This document shows positions 23,681 to 35,300 of a stretch of DNA of 64,000 bases, one piece after another; position 1 is the stretch's first letter, and every line of letters starts with the position of its first letter. This DNA comes from Podarcis erhardii (Eukaryota), in the NCBI GenBank assembly GCA_964252035.1, contig OZ176205.1. One strand, given 5' to 3'. The translations under genes and the position numbers were made by a program. A model generated the notes under the pieces. That model ran no database searches, was not told the DNA's origin, and saw nothing but the letters and a program-made list of their open reading frames with translations.

Positions 23681-24296
23681 ATCTCATTGGACTCCATCAA
23701 CCCCACGCAGCATAACCAGTGGTCAAGGATGACGGGAGCTGTAGTCGAACAACATTTAAAGGGTCACAGGTTCCCCTCCCTGGCCTAAGGCCAGATAAAA
23801 CCTTAGACTAATTCCTATATCTCTGAATTAAGAGGACTCTTTTAAAGAAACAAAAACGGTTGTTTTTGCTTGCTTTTGTAGATCGTAAATATTGAGGTGA
23901 GACAAAAAGTGGTCTGTATTGGAAACACTGGTAAAAGCTCCTGCTGATGTATAGGACAATTACATTGAGAAATATTTGATGCTGCATTTATAAGTCTTAA
24001 TATCGCCCTTTTCACTGTACATCTTGTGCATCAATGAGTTTTCAGCTTCTCCTCACTCTTTTATAACCTTGGTCTAGTAAGGCAACTGTAATTGGTTATG
24101 TGCTACAGTTATCACCCGTACACTGATGACTGTGTGTTTCCTCTTACCGGAAGCCTGGACTTAGCTGAGGATGCCTAACTGTCCTTGCTTTACTAGATTT
24201 ATTTGATATTCAGATAAACACCTGCATTTCACACCCCACCCCACCCCCATTAGCCTCACCATATGCTGTATGAGTAAACTCTTGAATATGTAAATA

Positions 24297-24537
24297 CAGT
24301 GGTACCTCGGTTTACGAACTTAATCCGTTCTGGAAGTCCATTCTTAAACCAAAACCATTCTTAAACCGAGGCGCGCTTTCCCTAATGAGGCCTCCCACTG
24401 CCGGTGCCCTTCCACCGTTCGGATTCTGTTCTTAGACTGAGGTAAAGTTCTCAAACCAAGACACTGTTTCCGGTTTTGCGGAGTTTGTAAACCAAATTGT
24501 TCTTAAACTGGACTGTTCTTAAACCGAGGTACCACTG
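24297..24537. mobile_element. Tc1/mariner (Tigger/pogo-type) MITE
   Basis: TIR CAGTGGTACCTCGGTTT...AAACCGAGGTACCACTG; TA on both flanks. Confidence 0.9.
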
Positions 24538-25479
24538 TACTGTGACTGAGGAGCACTGGTCTCCTGCTTCTCTATTTCTGTGAGCAAAGCCCTCGCAGCT
24601 TCCCCACCCAACTGGCTATCTCACAAGAGAAAGATTAAAACTGTCTGACGGAAAGTTGGGAAAATCTGGGTCTTAATTTAAACCCTAAACGACTCCTCAG
24701 CCTGTCACTTTACTCGTGACTCCTCAGCCTCTCACCTTCCTCTGACAAAGTATCTCCCATTTACCTGTAAAATGTGACTTGAGGTCTGATTGGTCATTGG
24801 GCAGGAATCCCATGAAAAGGTACGCTAGGATCATTCCCTTTGTTCTTGCTTCCCCACCTCGGGGCCTGTGACCTTTCTGCATCAGGGCCAGACAGCATTT
24901 TGCTATGCACTGGGAAGCTGACCATTCTTGCAGCTTACTCATAAGCAACTAGAAATACAGTGCTGACTGGTTAGATCAGTTAGGGGTTTGAGCCACCGGG
25001 CTCTCATTTTGTTTATAGTATTCTGTTGAACATTTGCCTACTCCCCTCTTTCTTTTATTCTTAATAGAGTTTCATAACTTGACCACTGAAGTGTGTGCAT
25101 TTGCCGACCTCAGGATTCTAGTCATCCCCATGCATCCAGACTGCTTGGAATTAATGCTACAAGGAATTTAGAATCAGAGTTCTTATAGACTAGTACATTA
25201 ATCTATCCTCTGGGAGACACCAGGAGCAGGGGATTGGCTGGAGGCACAAGGTGCATTGGCCCGGGATCCCAGGATCTAATAGTTAATGGGGCATCCCCAG
25301 ATCCCTCCTTGTTTGGGGTGGCAGGACAGGCTGCAGACTGAAATAGGTGGTGGCAACCATAAATCAAGAAGGCATAACTGGCTCCCTACTGGGCTGTTGA
25401 GTACCCACATACAAGGAAGGGGATCTGTTACATAGTGCTACTTCAGATTCTTGATCATGAGGTCAGTTTCTGTAGAGCT

Positions 25480-25740
25480 AAGAACATAGGAAGAGACCTG
25501 CTGGATCAGGCTGAAGGTCCATCTACTCCAACATCCTGTTATCTCAGTGATGGTGCCTGTTGGAAAGTTTACAAGCAAGACATGAGCACTAGAGCAATCT
25601 CTGCACTAATATTCCTCGGTGATGGGTATTCAGAGACATGGAAGTAGCATACAGCTTTCATGGCTGTTTGCCATGGATAGCCTTATCCACCATGAATTTA
25701 TCAAATCACCCCTTTAAAGCTGGTTGCAGCCATCACCATC
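25480..25740 (-). mobile_element. CR1 LINE 3' fragment
   Basis: AAGAACATAGGAAGAGACCTGCTGGATCAGGC...CCATCTACTCC is the typical reverse-complemented CR1 3' end (recall). Confidence 0.65.
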
Positions 25741-27841
25741 ACCATACTCTATTTATCTGCTGTGCGAATAAGTATTTTATTTTGCTGTTCTGAAATTTCC
25801 AACATGCATCATCATTGAGTGGCCCAAGGTTCTAGGAATATATTAGGGTGAGGAAAGCAAAGTAAAAAATTGTCGTCAAACATCAGGCTTATTAGTCTCA
25901 TTCTGCCCCCGCAATGCTTCATCAGCTCCCTTACCTGTTCACCCCTTTCCACTAATAGCCAGGCTTGTCTTTCAGTTGGAGTTGTGTTTTTTTCTGGTCA
26001 TCATTTTTGATTGGCTGCTTGTCCCACCTGCTTCCTCCTTCTCAGCTCTCTTCCAGAAGCCCCTCTGCCCTGTGTAAACGTTTCTCCTACACAAACTGAC
26101 ATTTTACTTCCTTCACATAATTTGCTGCTCAATTGGAACCTGCAGAAGATAAATGATAGCAATTTATTTTCTAGGTAATGTGCCATTTTTCAAGCCATAA
26201 TCCCAGCTACTTCCCTTTTGGAACTATGTATATCGCTGTATATTTACACTGCACCAACCTCTTCTGCTTTTTGAGATGACTCAGGTCCATATACCTCAAT
26301 TAAAATCATTCCATTCTGTGGAAATCCTTATCCTCGTTTATAAAAGAAGCAGGAGGTCCTGGGCGCTATACTCAGTTTTGCAGTGTGTGCTGCTTTTGGC
26401 TGCCAAAACATCCTGTACTACTGGATTTGGTGTGCTGTCCTAAAGTTTTAGGAATCTCTTTAGACAAGCCACACTGCAGCTTCCAAACTCTAAATAGGTA
26501 AGAGTCTTGGAGCCTCAGGGGACTGAAAACCTCCTGGTAATTTATTTTAAATAATACAGGTATTTCCTAATTTACATCATTTTTCTGCATAGATGTCAAT
26601 CAGCAGTACTGTAGTGCTGATGTAACTTTCATGCTTTATGATTTTGTATTGCTGGCACATCCTTCCTAACATTTAAGTGCTGCTGGAGCTAGTCTTTAGA
26701 TCAGGTGTTTTGGCATAAAGAAGCTGAACTGAAAAGGCTGCCAATCACCGTTGCTATACATGCAATGTTTTATAATTTGCAAGTCTTTGACTTTGTAATG
26801 AAGAGCAGCCATGTAGTGGCTGCTTTTAAATCCAGGCACATGAGTGCTGCTCCTTGTGGGTGAGTATCACGTGCTGTCCCCATTGTGTACCATGTTATTG
26901 CAAGGCATAGAGGTTGTGTAGCAGCCTGTAAGGCAAAGTGTTACAAATAACTGATGTGCCAACACTGGACATTCTGCATGAGACACCAGTTTAAAGTGCT
27001 CTCTATGTAATGTGTCTGCTTATCCTTTGCATCCACGCTCAGAGCTTAGGTATGAAAAGGTATGGAGCCATAGCAAACCGGAGAATGGATCTTGCTGAAT
27101 TCACTCTGTTGTGGCGTGTCATGGACAATAGCATGAACAGCCTAATTAGCACTCTTCTTTGTTTTAGATATGTGCAATTGCCTCATTAATGAGGCACTGT
27201 CCTTTCCAGGATAATGTTTTATTGTTTGAGCTGAAGCCCCATAGCAATGAATGAACAATGCAGATGACCAACTTAGCAACTGGCAAACGTGTGCAAGTTC
27301 GCCTGTTTCTTAAATGTTGTGCTGAAGTGCAACAATGGTTGGCTTGGTCTGCGGTAATTGTTGCTTCACCAGTAGATACTTATACATTCTGTGATATATC
27401 CACGTGCCCCACCTAGCCCCCTTGTTGCACAACACAGAGCTGTAACTTCCGTTTCTCACTTAAAAAAAAATTATCCACCCTGAAACACATTGTAGTAATC
27501 CTACCACTATGGAGTTAAATTTAGAACCATTTGTATCCACATTTAGATTTTTCTTTTCAGTTCCTTTCAGTTTCTGCCCTGTGTATTCCAGCAAAAATTA
27601 GTCATTTTTCCTTAAGCCCTATTCAGATGTTTAGCTGAATGCATCAGGGCCCAAAGTGTGTGCATGACTGCATCTTCTTCTAACCTTTCTTTAGAGTGAA
27701 TGCCTGAAGGGAGGATCCAGCTATATTCAACAGACACTATACCTGTGGAGATTGGGAGTGAATACTGGGATAGGAGCAACACATGCTGTTTGGGCAGTGG
27801 CGGCGGCAGGCGGGGGGTACAGTGTACACAGCCCAGCACAT

Positions 27842-27945
27842 AGGTGCCAACTCTGAGGCCCTGGTCCCTTTGGTCCTCCAATAGAATATTTAGGGGGAGC
27901 TGAGCTAGTCTTTAGATCAGGTGTTTTCCCCACAAGTTGGCACCT
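27842..27945. mobile_element. ~100-bp MITE-like element
   Basis: 11-bp inverted repeat AGGTGCCAACT (27842-27852) / AGTTGGCACCT (27935-27945). Confidence 0.5.
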
Positions 27946-28219
27946 TCCTCCCTTGGACAGCCACCTCCCTCCTAGCTGGACACCACCCTCTTTTACAGGC
28001 TTGTGTCCTCATGGTGAAGGAAGGTGGTGTGGAGAGAGGGGAGAAGTAAGGAGAGGCACACCCCCACCCCAATATTTTCTTCAAGTTGGCCTCTGTGACC
28101 AGCATCTTGTGCACCTATTCACCACAGACCCCTTGCTAATTTCTTCTGGTAGAGACAAGAAAAGGGTGGTTTTGACCTTTGTAAAATCCAGTTTGCAAAT
28201 ATCTCAAGGTAGTGCATGC

Positions 28220-28224
<5 letters not shown>

Positions 28225-28256
<32 letters not shown>
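28225..28256. repeat. (AC)16 microsatellite
   Basis: Read directly. Confidence 0.97.
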
Positions 28257-28258
<2 letters not shown>

Positions 28259-30266
28259 CCCACTGTGCTCGCACACGTTTTCAAAGTTGTTGCTACAGAG
28301 ATGAAAAGCCAATCTCTTCAATTAAATGAAGAAGTGGTTTTGAGAGGAAACACGTACAGAAAGAAAATGCTGGAAATTACAGCTAGGAGAAAGTGAAGTA
28401 TCAACCTGATAAGGAGAGCAGGTGGTGAACATGCAATAAATGAAACTTAAAATGTTGATTTTGCCTTTTACAGGCCGCTGGTTTCAGAGGCTGAGTGGTG
28501 GTTTATGTGTACATGAAGTAAAACTGGAAAAACCAGTAGCTTGGAGGATTTGTAACCGACAGGGGCCTAGGCTGTCTAACATTGTGAGGCTCAGCTGAGT
28601 TGGAAAAGCCACTTTTAATCTATAAACGGTTGCCCAGGGATTTCTGAGGATATATGTGGAGAAATGAGTATAGTGGATGCCCTAGATAAATTTTGTACTA
28701 TGTGGCCCGGGAAGTCCTAATCCTGCATCAGAAATGTTTCCCTGCTAGCAAAGCAAGAGAGGAGGGAACACAGGTTAATACTAAAGTACAAGCTTTGTGT
28801 GAAACAAGTATCCAGGTTTAGTCCCTGTCATCTGGGCTGGGAAGGACATGTGCCAGCCAGGACAGAGAATCCCAGCTTGCTTGGACCAGCAGTTTTATTT
28901 GCTGTTAAGCAGCATTCCATGAACTTGCTATTGTGCCATCTCAGACAGGGAAGTTAGTCAAGAGATCCGATTCTGATAATCGAGGGATGAGGAGAGTTGC
29001 TAGCAGAAGTACACTGAAACCAGAAGATTGCAAACAAGATTGGGCTTCTAACACAGTTCCAGGAAACGGACCACTTTTCTTCATGTGTCTAATCTTCTCA
29101 AAGAATGTCTGCGTGCCTCTTAAAGACAGATTGAATTGCTCATTTGAAAAAGCAAAATGTTTTGAGGAAATAGAACTTGTTTGTATGGTCATCAGTGACA
29201 AAACCGCTTGTAAAATGGTATTGAGAGCCACTTCAAACAGCAGAGATACTTTGGGCATGGGGGAGAAGGAAGTAGAGTTGGAATGGCAGGTACACTCCCA
29301 GTGCCAGATTGCAGCCTTGTTTGCTTCCTGGTTCAGAATGCCCGAAGGAGGAGTACATGGTGAATCCAGATAAGAACTCCTTGTTATTCCTTAGCTGCTT
29401 TTACAACCTGTTCCTTACAGAGGCAGCTGGATGGCTTTTAAGGCTGGCCAATATTTCAACTATACTTCAGTTATTATTCAGTACAAGGTTCTGGGTCCAG
29501 CTTTCTGGAGGTAGAATTATTCTGAGTGCATTGGAAGAATGCTGCAGTTTCCTGAAAATACCCATTTCCACATTTGTGATAAACTTAGCATTCCTTACAG
29601 CAGCTAAGTGACCTTTACTGGTATGAAAGCACTTTCTGCTTAAAAGGGTCTCTTTACTATTGATTGATCATCGCAGGTGGGAGAAAGCAGGGATTGAGAA
29701 CATGGGAAGCTGCCTTATACCAACCAACTCAGACCACTGTTCATCCAGCTCAGAGTCATCTACGTTGTACACCAGGGGAGGGTAGTCATTAGTCTTGCAG
29801 GATCTACCATATTATTGTACTAGAACTCTTGAGATCCCCCAGAGCCAGGTGCAAAATAAATTTAGCTAAGGGCTTATCCACTTCCTCTTGTCCCACTGCT
29901 TTCCCCTGGGGAAAAAATGCTCTTTTGTTATCAGTCAGAGCAAATGGCACGGGTTTTCCGTGAACTGCCATTTGTTCCAATTTAAAGCTAAAGAGCAGGT
30001 TTTTCTTGGGAAATGAGTGGGGCAAGGGGAAACTTGCTTAGACCCATGCTTTCTAGGCATGGGGCAAGCAAAAGTGTGGACAAGCCCTAAGAATTAAGGA
30101 CAGAGTGCCCTTTAACATATGTTTAGCCTAGATTTCCCTGCAGGCTTTATTTGTTTCAGCAACCTAATTTAGAATTTTTGTGTCTCTGTGTGTGTTATTT
30201 TATTTTATTTATTTATACTCCACCCAGCTGGCTGGGTTGCCCCACCTATTTTTGGTGTTGCTATTA

Positions 30267-30494
30267 CAGTGGTACCTCGGGTTAAGAATTTACGGTAATT
30301 CGTTCTGGACGTCCGTTCTTAACCTGAAACTGTTCTTAATCTGAGGTATCACATTAGCTGATGGGGCCTCCTACTGCTGCCGCGCTGCCGTGTGATTTCT
30401 GTTCTCACCCTGAAGCAAAGTTCTTAACCCGAGGTACTATTTCTGGGTTAGTGGAGTCTGTAACCTGAAGCATCTGTAACCCAAGGTACCACTG
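30267..30494. mobile_element. Tc1/mariner (Tigger/pogo-type) MITE
   Basis: TIR CAGTGGTACCTCGGGTTA...TAACCCAAGGTACCACTG; TA on both flanks. Confidence 0.88.
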
Positions 30495-31376
30495 TACTAG
30501 ACAGTTGGAATCCCTTACCAAGCTCCTGGAAATCACCCAGAGATCTGCCAGTAGTTTCCAATCTACCACCACACCTGCTTGATACTGTCTAGCGGGGTTT
30601 CAGACAGAAGTCTTTTCCAGCTCTGCTTGGAGACACTGGGAGGGTTTTTTAAAAGCAACTGCACCAATTCCCCATTGTAACCCCCCCCCACCATACTGAA
30701 AAAGCAAAGACTGAACTAACACAAAGCGTGCTTTACACCCTGTATCAATGGCAGTTTCTCCATAGGAGCCACTAGTTCTTATCTACTATATAGTGATGGT
30801 TCATTTATGAGTCTGCCTTAGTTTGGTGACAGGTGCAAAAACAGGAATATTTTAAGAGTAGCTACAAGGATAAAACGAAGTGTTACCTGCCAAAAGATGA
30901 AGGTGAAGAAGAGGTGGTTTCTGCTCAAAAGAAGATGTTTTAATCTGGTTTCGGCAGTTTAAGTATGGAAATGGAGCACATTCTACCCTGATACAATTTG
31001 GGTACATGCTGTCCCTGACATTTCATGTTAATTAACTGCTTAATAAACACTTATGCCTCATATGTCTAATTTCCCCCCTTTTTTCAAACTTCACATTATC
31101 AATTTCTAACGGTACAGTTCCCCCCCAACTCCTCATTTCTGTCCAACCGCACACTGAAGAAAAGGCTTTGACATGGGAGGTTGAATCTGGGACGTTTTGT
31201 ATGCAAAACGTAGTCTCGAACAATAGCCCTTCCCCATTGTGTAAGACCAAATGTGTGTGTGTGTGTTTTAAATTTATCTACCATCTATTTTCTACAGAAG
31301 AAAAGTATCTTTTTTCTACATAAAATAAAAAAATTCCTTCCAGTAGCACCTTAAAGACCAACTGAGTTAGTTCTAG

Positions 31377-31416
31377 GTATGAGCTTTCGTGTGCATGCAC
31401 ACTTCTTCAGATACAC
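31377..31416 (-). ncRNA. Minimal type I hammerhead ribozyme motif (left arm)
   Basis: Exact mirror of 32271-32310; core at 31381-31410. Confidence 0.75.
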
Positions 31417-32270
31417 TGAAACAGAAGTCACCGGACCTTTCTATATAGTGAGAAGGTGGGGAGGGGTATTACTCAGAAGGGTGGTGGGAATGGGTGATTG
31501 GCAGATAGCTGCGATGAGCCTGTTGACGACTCTTAACGACTGCAATAGGTCTAACAGGAAAAAGCAAGGGGTGAGAAGGTGAAAAATGGCTTTGTCATGT
31601 ATAATGAGATAAGAATCCAATGTCTTTATTCAAACCAGGTCTCTCCATAGTTTTAAGTTTGGTGATAAGTTGCAATTCAGCAGCTTCTCTTTCCAGTCTA
31701 TTTCTGAAATTCCTTTGTAATAGAACAGCTACTTTGAGATCTTGTATAGAATGTCCTGGGAGATTGAAGTGTTCTCCTACTGGTTTTTCTGTCTTGTGGT
31801 TCCTGATGTCGGATTTATGGACATAAATCCGACATCAGGAACCACAAGACAGAAAAACCAGTATGGACATAAATCCGACATCAGGAACCACAAGACAGAA
31901 AAACCAGTAGGAGAACACTTCAATCTCCCAGGACATTCTATACAAGATCTCAAAGTAGCTGTTCTATTACAAAGGAATTTCAGAAATAGACTGGAAAGAG
32001 AAGCTGCTGAATTGCAACTTATCACCAAACTTAAAACTATGGAGAGACCTGGTTTGAATAAAGACATTGGATTCTTATCTCATTATACATGACAAAGCCA
32101 TTTTTCACCTTCTCACCCCTTGCTTTTTCCTGTTAGACCTATTGCAGTCGTTAAGAGTCGTCAACAGGCTCATCGCAGCTATCTGCCAATCACCCATTCC
32201 CACCACCCTTCTGAGTAATACCCCTCCCCACCTTCTCACTATATAGAAAGGTCCGGTGACTTCTGTTTCA

Positions 32271-32310
32271 GTGTATCTGAAGAAGTGTGCATGCACACGA
32301 AAGCTCATAC
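32271..32310 (+). ncRNA. Minimal type I hammerhead ribozyme motif (right arm)
   Basis: Stem I GUAU/AUAC; CUGAAGA 32277-32283; extra A; stem II GUGUGC/GCACAC; GAAA 32299-32302; palindromic AGCU stem III; predicted cleavage after C32306. Such motifs are established in PLE pseudo-LTRs. Confidence 0.78.
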
Positions 32311-35300
32311 CTAGAACTAACTCAGTTGGTCTTTAAGGTGCTACTGGAAGGAATTTTTTTATTTTGTTTTGACCATGGCAGACCAACACGGCTACCTATC
32401 TGTAACTTTTTTCTACATGACTGTTAATTGTTTTGCATAATATACCCCACATTTGTGGGGGTCCCCCCCATATTTAGTATATGTTCTTGTTTGGGAAAGT
32501 GGTTTGTCAGTAGAATTCTTTTTATTTCTCCCCTTTTTCTGACTTACTTGCTGTTCATTGCACTCGGGTAGGTTATCCTTACAATGTGCCAAATAAAGAA
32601 CAGCTCAGGCAAGTGCCAGGAGCAAATGTCAGTCTCTTGCCAAGGAAAATAAATGGATATATACAGTAAACTTATGTCCAGGAGAATTCTCATGAATCGC
32701 ACAGAAGTTCTTGCTCATTAAAAGTGGAATTTCCTTAATAGCCTGGAAATGTCAAACACTGTGCTAATCTATTGCTCTTGAGTGATGGGTGACATACATG
32801 CAGATAGAGGGATCGTGAGCAGACAGAATCATGTATGCCTTACAGAAAATGGGAAGGCAATGACCAAGTTCAGATGTAACATTAGACTGTGGTTTAACAC
32901 TGCATGAATCAGCCTCCTCTCTTCCTGAGCAACTCTATTCCTCCCATACAGCCAAGAACATGAGTCCACAGGCTGTTCCTTTTTTGTAAACTGTGACTTT
33001 GTGTGCTATCTGAGGTAGGGATAATGTTTTCTCACTAACTGCACTTAGTTTTCAAACAAGTCAACTTCAAATTGTGAGTTATGAAGCTGTATTGATTTTA
33101 TATAAAAACCCTAACCATAGTTAGTGTTAAACTACTATTCTCAGTTTTGACAACGCAGGAAGTCATAGTTTACTGAAAGCAAAGCAAGAGCTTATATGTT
33201 CCTTCTTTTAGCTGTGGGTAGGTGGGGAGAGCCCTGAAGGAAGGTAGACTCATTCACATTGCTTTTAAACAGTGGTTTAGTGTAACATCCAGACACGACT
33301 GAATATATGTGAGCTGCTAATGGCTTGTCCTTCAGTGTTTTGCCAGGTAAAAACATACATTTCTCTGCAATCGAAAAAGCACAGGTTGCAATCTCAGTTG
33401 GGTGTTTAAGTGACAGAAAGCATAAAACTGAGTGCTTGACTTTGTGTTCCCACATATTTTTTACATCCAACAAACAGTTAGCTTTAAAAGCATTGTAGGC
33501 TGCTCTAGCTCCATATCTAATTCAAAATGCCGAATGCTGCTGCATATAAGACTGAAGCAAAAATTAAACCAACCAACCCCCCCCCCCACAAAAAACCCCC
33601 TGGCATTCAAAGAGGCAAATTGATAGGTCTGGAGGATATTCTGACAATAGCTTGAATTAAGCACACAGAGTGAAGGGTGGGAGGGAAGGCACTGTACCCA
33701 TTAAACAAGTGCAGGTGGTTGGGATGCAGCGGTGCATCTCACCCAGCATCATTAACTGTGACTGGGAATTGCTCTCCCACAGAGGCCTTTCTCGGTCTTG
33801 GGGCGGCAGGCTTGCAAAGCAAGTGCTCAGCAGCTGAGCCTCTGCAGGTCCAGTTAAAAGACTGTGGATCCAGCCTGGAAGCTCAACTTGTAGCTGTTAC
33901 ACTTGAGACCCCTTGGACTTGACTCTCATTACAGAAAAGTAGCACTTCTTGTAGCCCTTCTGAGCTTCATCTGGAATTGTACTTACTACGTAATTTTTCC
34001 CCCTTCAAGAATTTTACTATCCCAGTGAAATGTTTTAAAAATACTGGAAGCTGGCTACCAGGAATTGCTTGCATAGGGTGAAAAAGAGCAATACACTGCC
34101 CTGTTCTCTGCTTCAGCCAGTAATGAGAATTCTGTGCCACTGTGCATACAGATAAGGGCAGGGATCTGGGCCAAATCTCTTGGGCTGAGCCCAAACGATT
34201 GCCTTTTGTTCCATGTTAGTTTGTTTTTGTCCTTTTGCATTCTTGTATTTCTCTTCACATGTGTCTGCAGGGTACACGTGCAGACATCAGTACAGGGATG
34301 GAAAGGGACACGAGACATAACAAGGAGGGAAGCTTCCATTGATGCCAGTAGCACTTTCCCTCCTGGTTCAAAAAGCAGCTTTTGGGGCAGGGGGCAAGAA
34401 AGGCTTTTGCCAGGAACATGGCTGACAGACACCATTAACTGCCCCTTGGTACAGGGTCCAAATCCTGATCCCCCCTCGGCCACAAATTATAAGAAAGCTA
34501 GGCACATTCATTTCAACCATCCATTTAACATGTCGCCAAGTTTGGCCCCCAGCTTTGCACTGCTGACCATAGTTTCAAGTGCCACCACCAAGTGACATTC
34601 TGCACATCTTTATTTGGAGGGTGATGTTTAGCCCTGATGAATGCCTGCAATTTGGAAGACTGTGGGTTCCACTCAGCATTGTTCCATGGGCAGATGTACA
34701 GTCCACTTACACCAGACAGAGCAAGTACTGAAAAAGTGTGTGTGTTTTTGTCACGGGGTCATGCATAGTTTTGTTTCTGACTACACACCAGATTTTGCAT
34801 GGCTCTGCTCCTGAGTAGCTCACTCTCTAGGTTCAGCCTCTGTCCCTCTCCCTTCTTGAACACATTCATTAACCTCTTTCTGTTATATACGTTGTGATGG
34901 TAGATGTGATGAAACTAAAATGAAGCCAAGTACATAATCTCCAACACTTTTTGGTTGTGGGGGCAGGGAGCAGAGAAGTGACATACTCCCTGCAGAAGTT
35001 TTACATGGCAAAAGTTTTGCAGTCTTTGGTGGTGCACATATTTGTATTTGGTTGAGGAAAATACTGGGTGCTTTTTAAAAGCACAAAACCCGTAGCATTT
35101 TCTCCTGTATTAAAATGCATTTTCTTCTGAAGTCTGATAGTTCTCCTGTGATCAAGTGATACTGTTCTAGAAGAAAATGTGTGTGGCTGCACCTTTCTGT
35201 AAAAACTGGATGTGCTGCGAAAGATCAAGGGATTTCAAAAACCTTCCCTGTCAAACAGTCTTAATATAATAACTCTTGTCTTACCTTTTCCCTTCCCTGA

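Larger units (their letters stand above)
31322..32405. mobile_element. Penelope-like element, two 5'-truncated copies head-to-head, 13-bp TSD
   Basis: Arms 31322-31819 (-) and 31868-32365 (+) are reverse complements. They encode GHKSDIRN...PVGEHFNLPGHS...REAAELQLI...GLN, the C-terminal part of a PLE GIY-YIG endonuclease. TSD CTTTTTTCTACAT at 31309-31321 and 32406-32418. Confidence 0.92.

Noticed and set aside
28933-29373. 146-aa intronic ORF
   Set aside because: No recognisable homology, no poly(A) or TSD of a retrogene.
31818-31909. CRISPR-like or satellite array
   Set aside because: Only two adjacent copies with no spacers, in a eukaryotic retroelement junction. No CRISPR array in the window.
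31379-32308. Mirror-image ORF pairs (31379..31582 / 32105..32308 and 31620..31826 / 31777..32067) as duplicated genes
   Set aside because: They are antisense readings of the two Penelope arms; useful only as evidence of arm identity.
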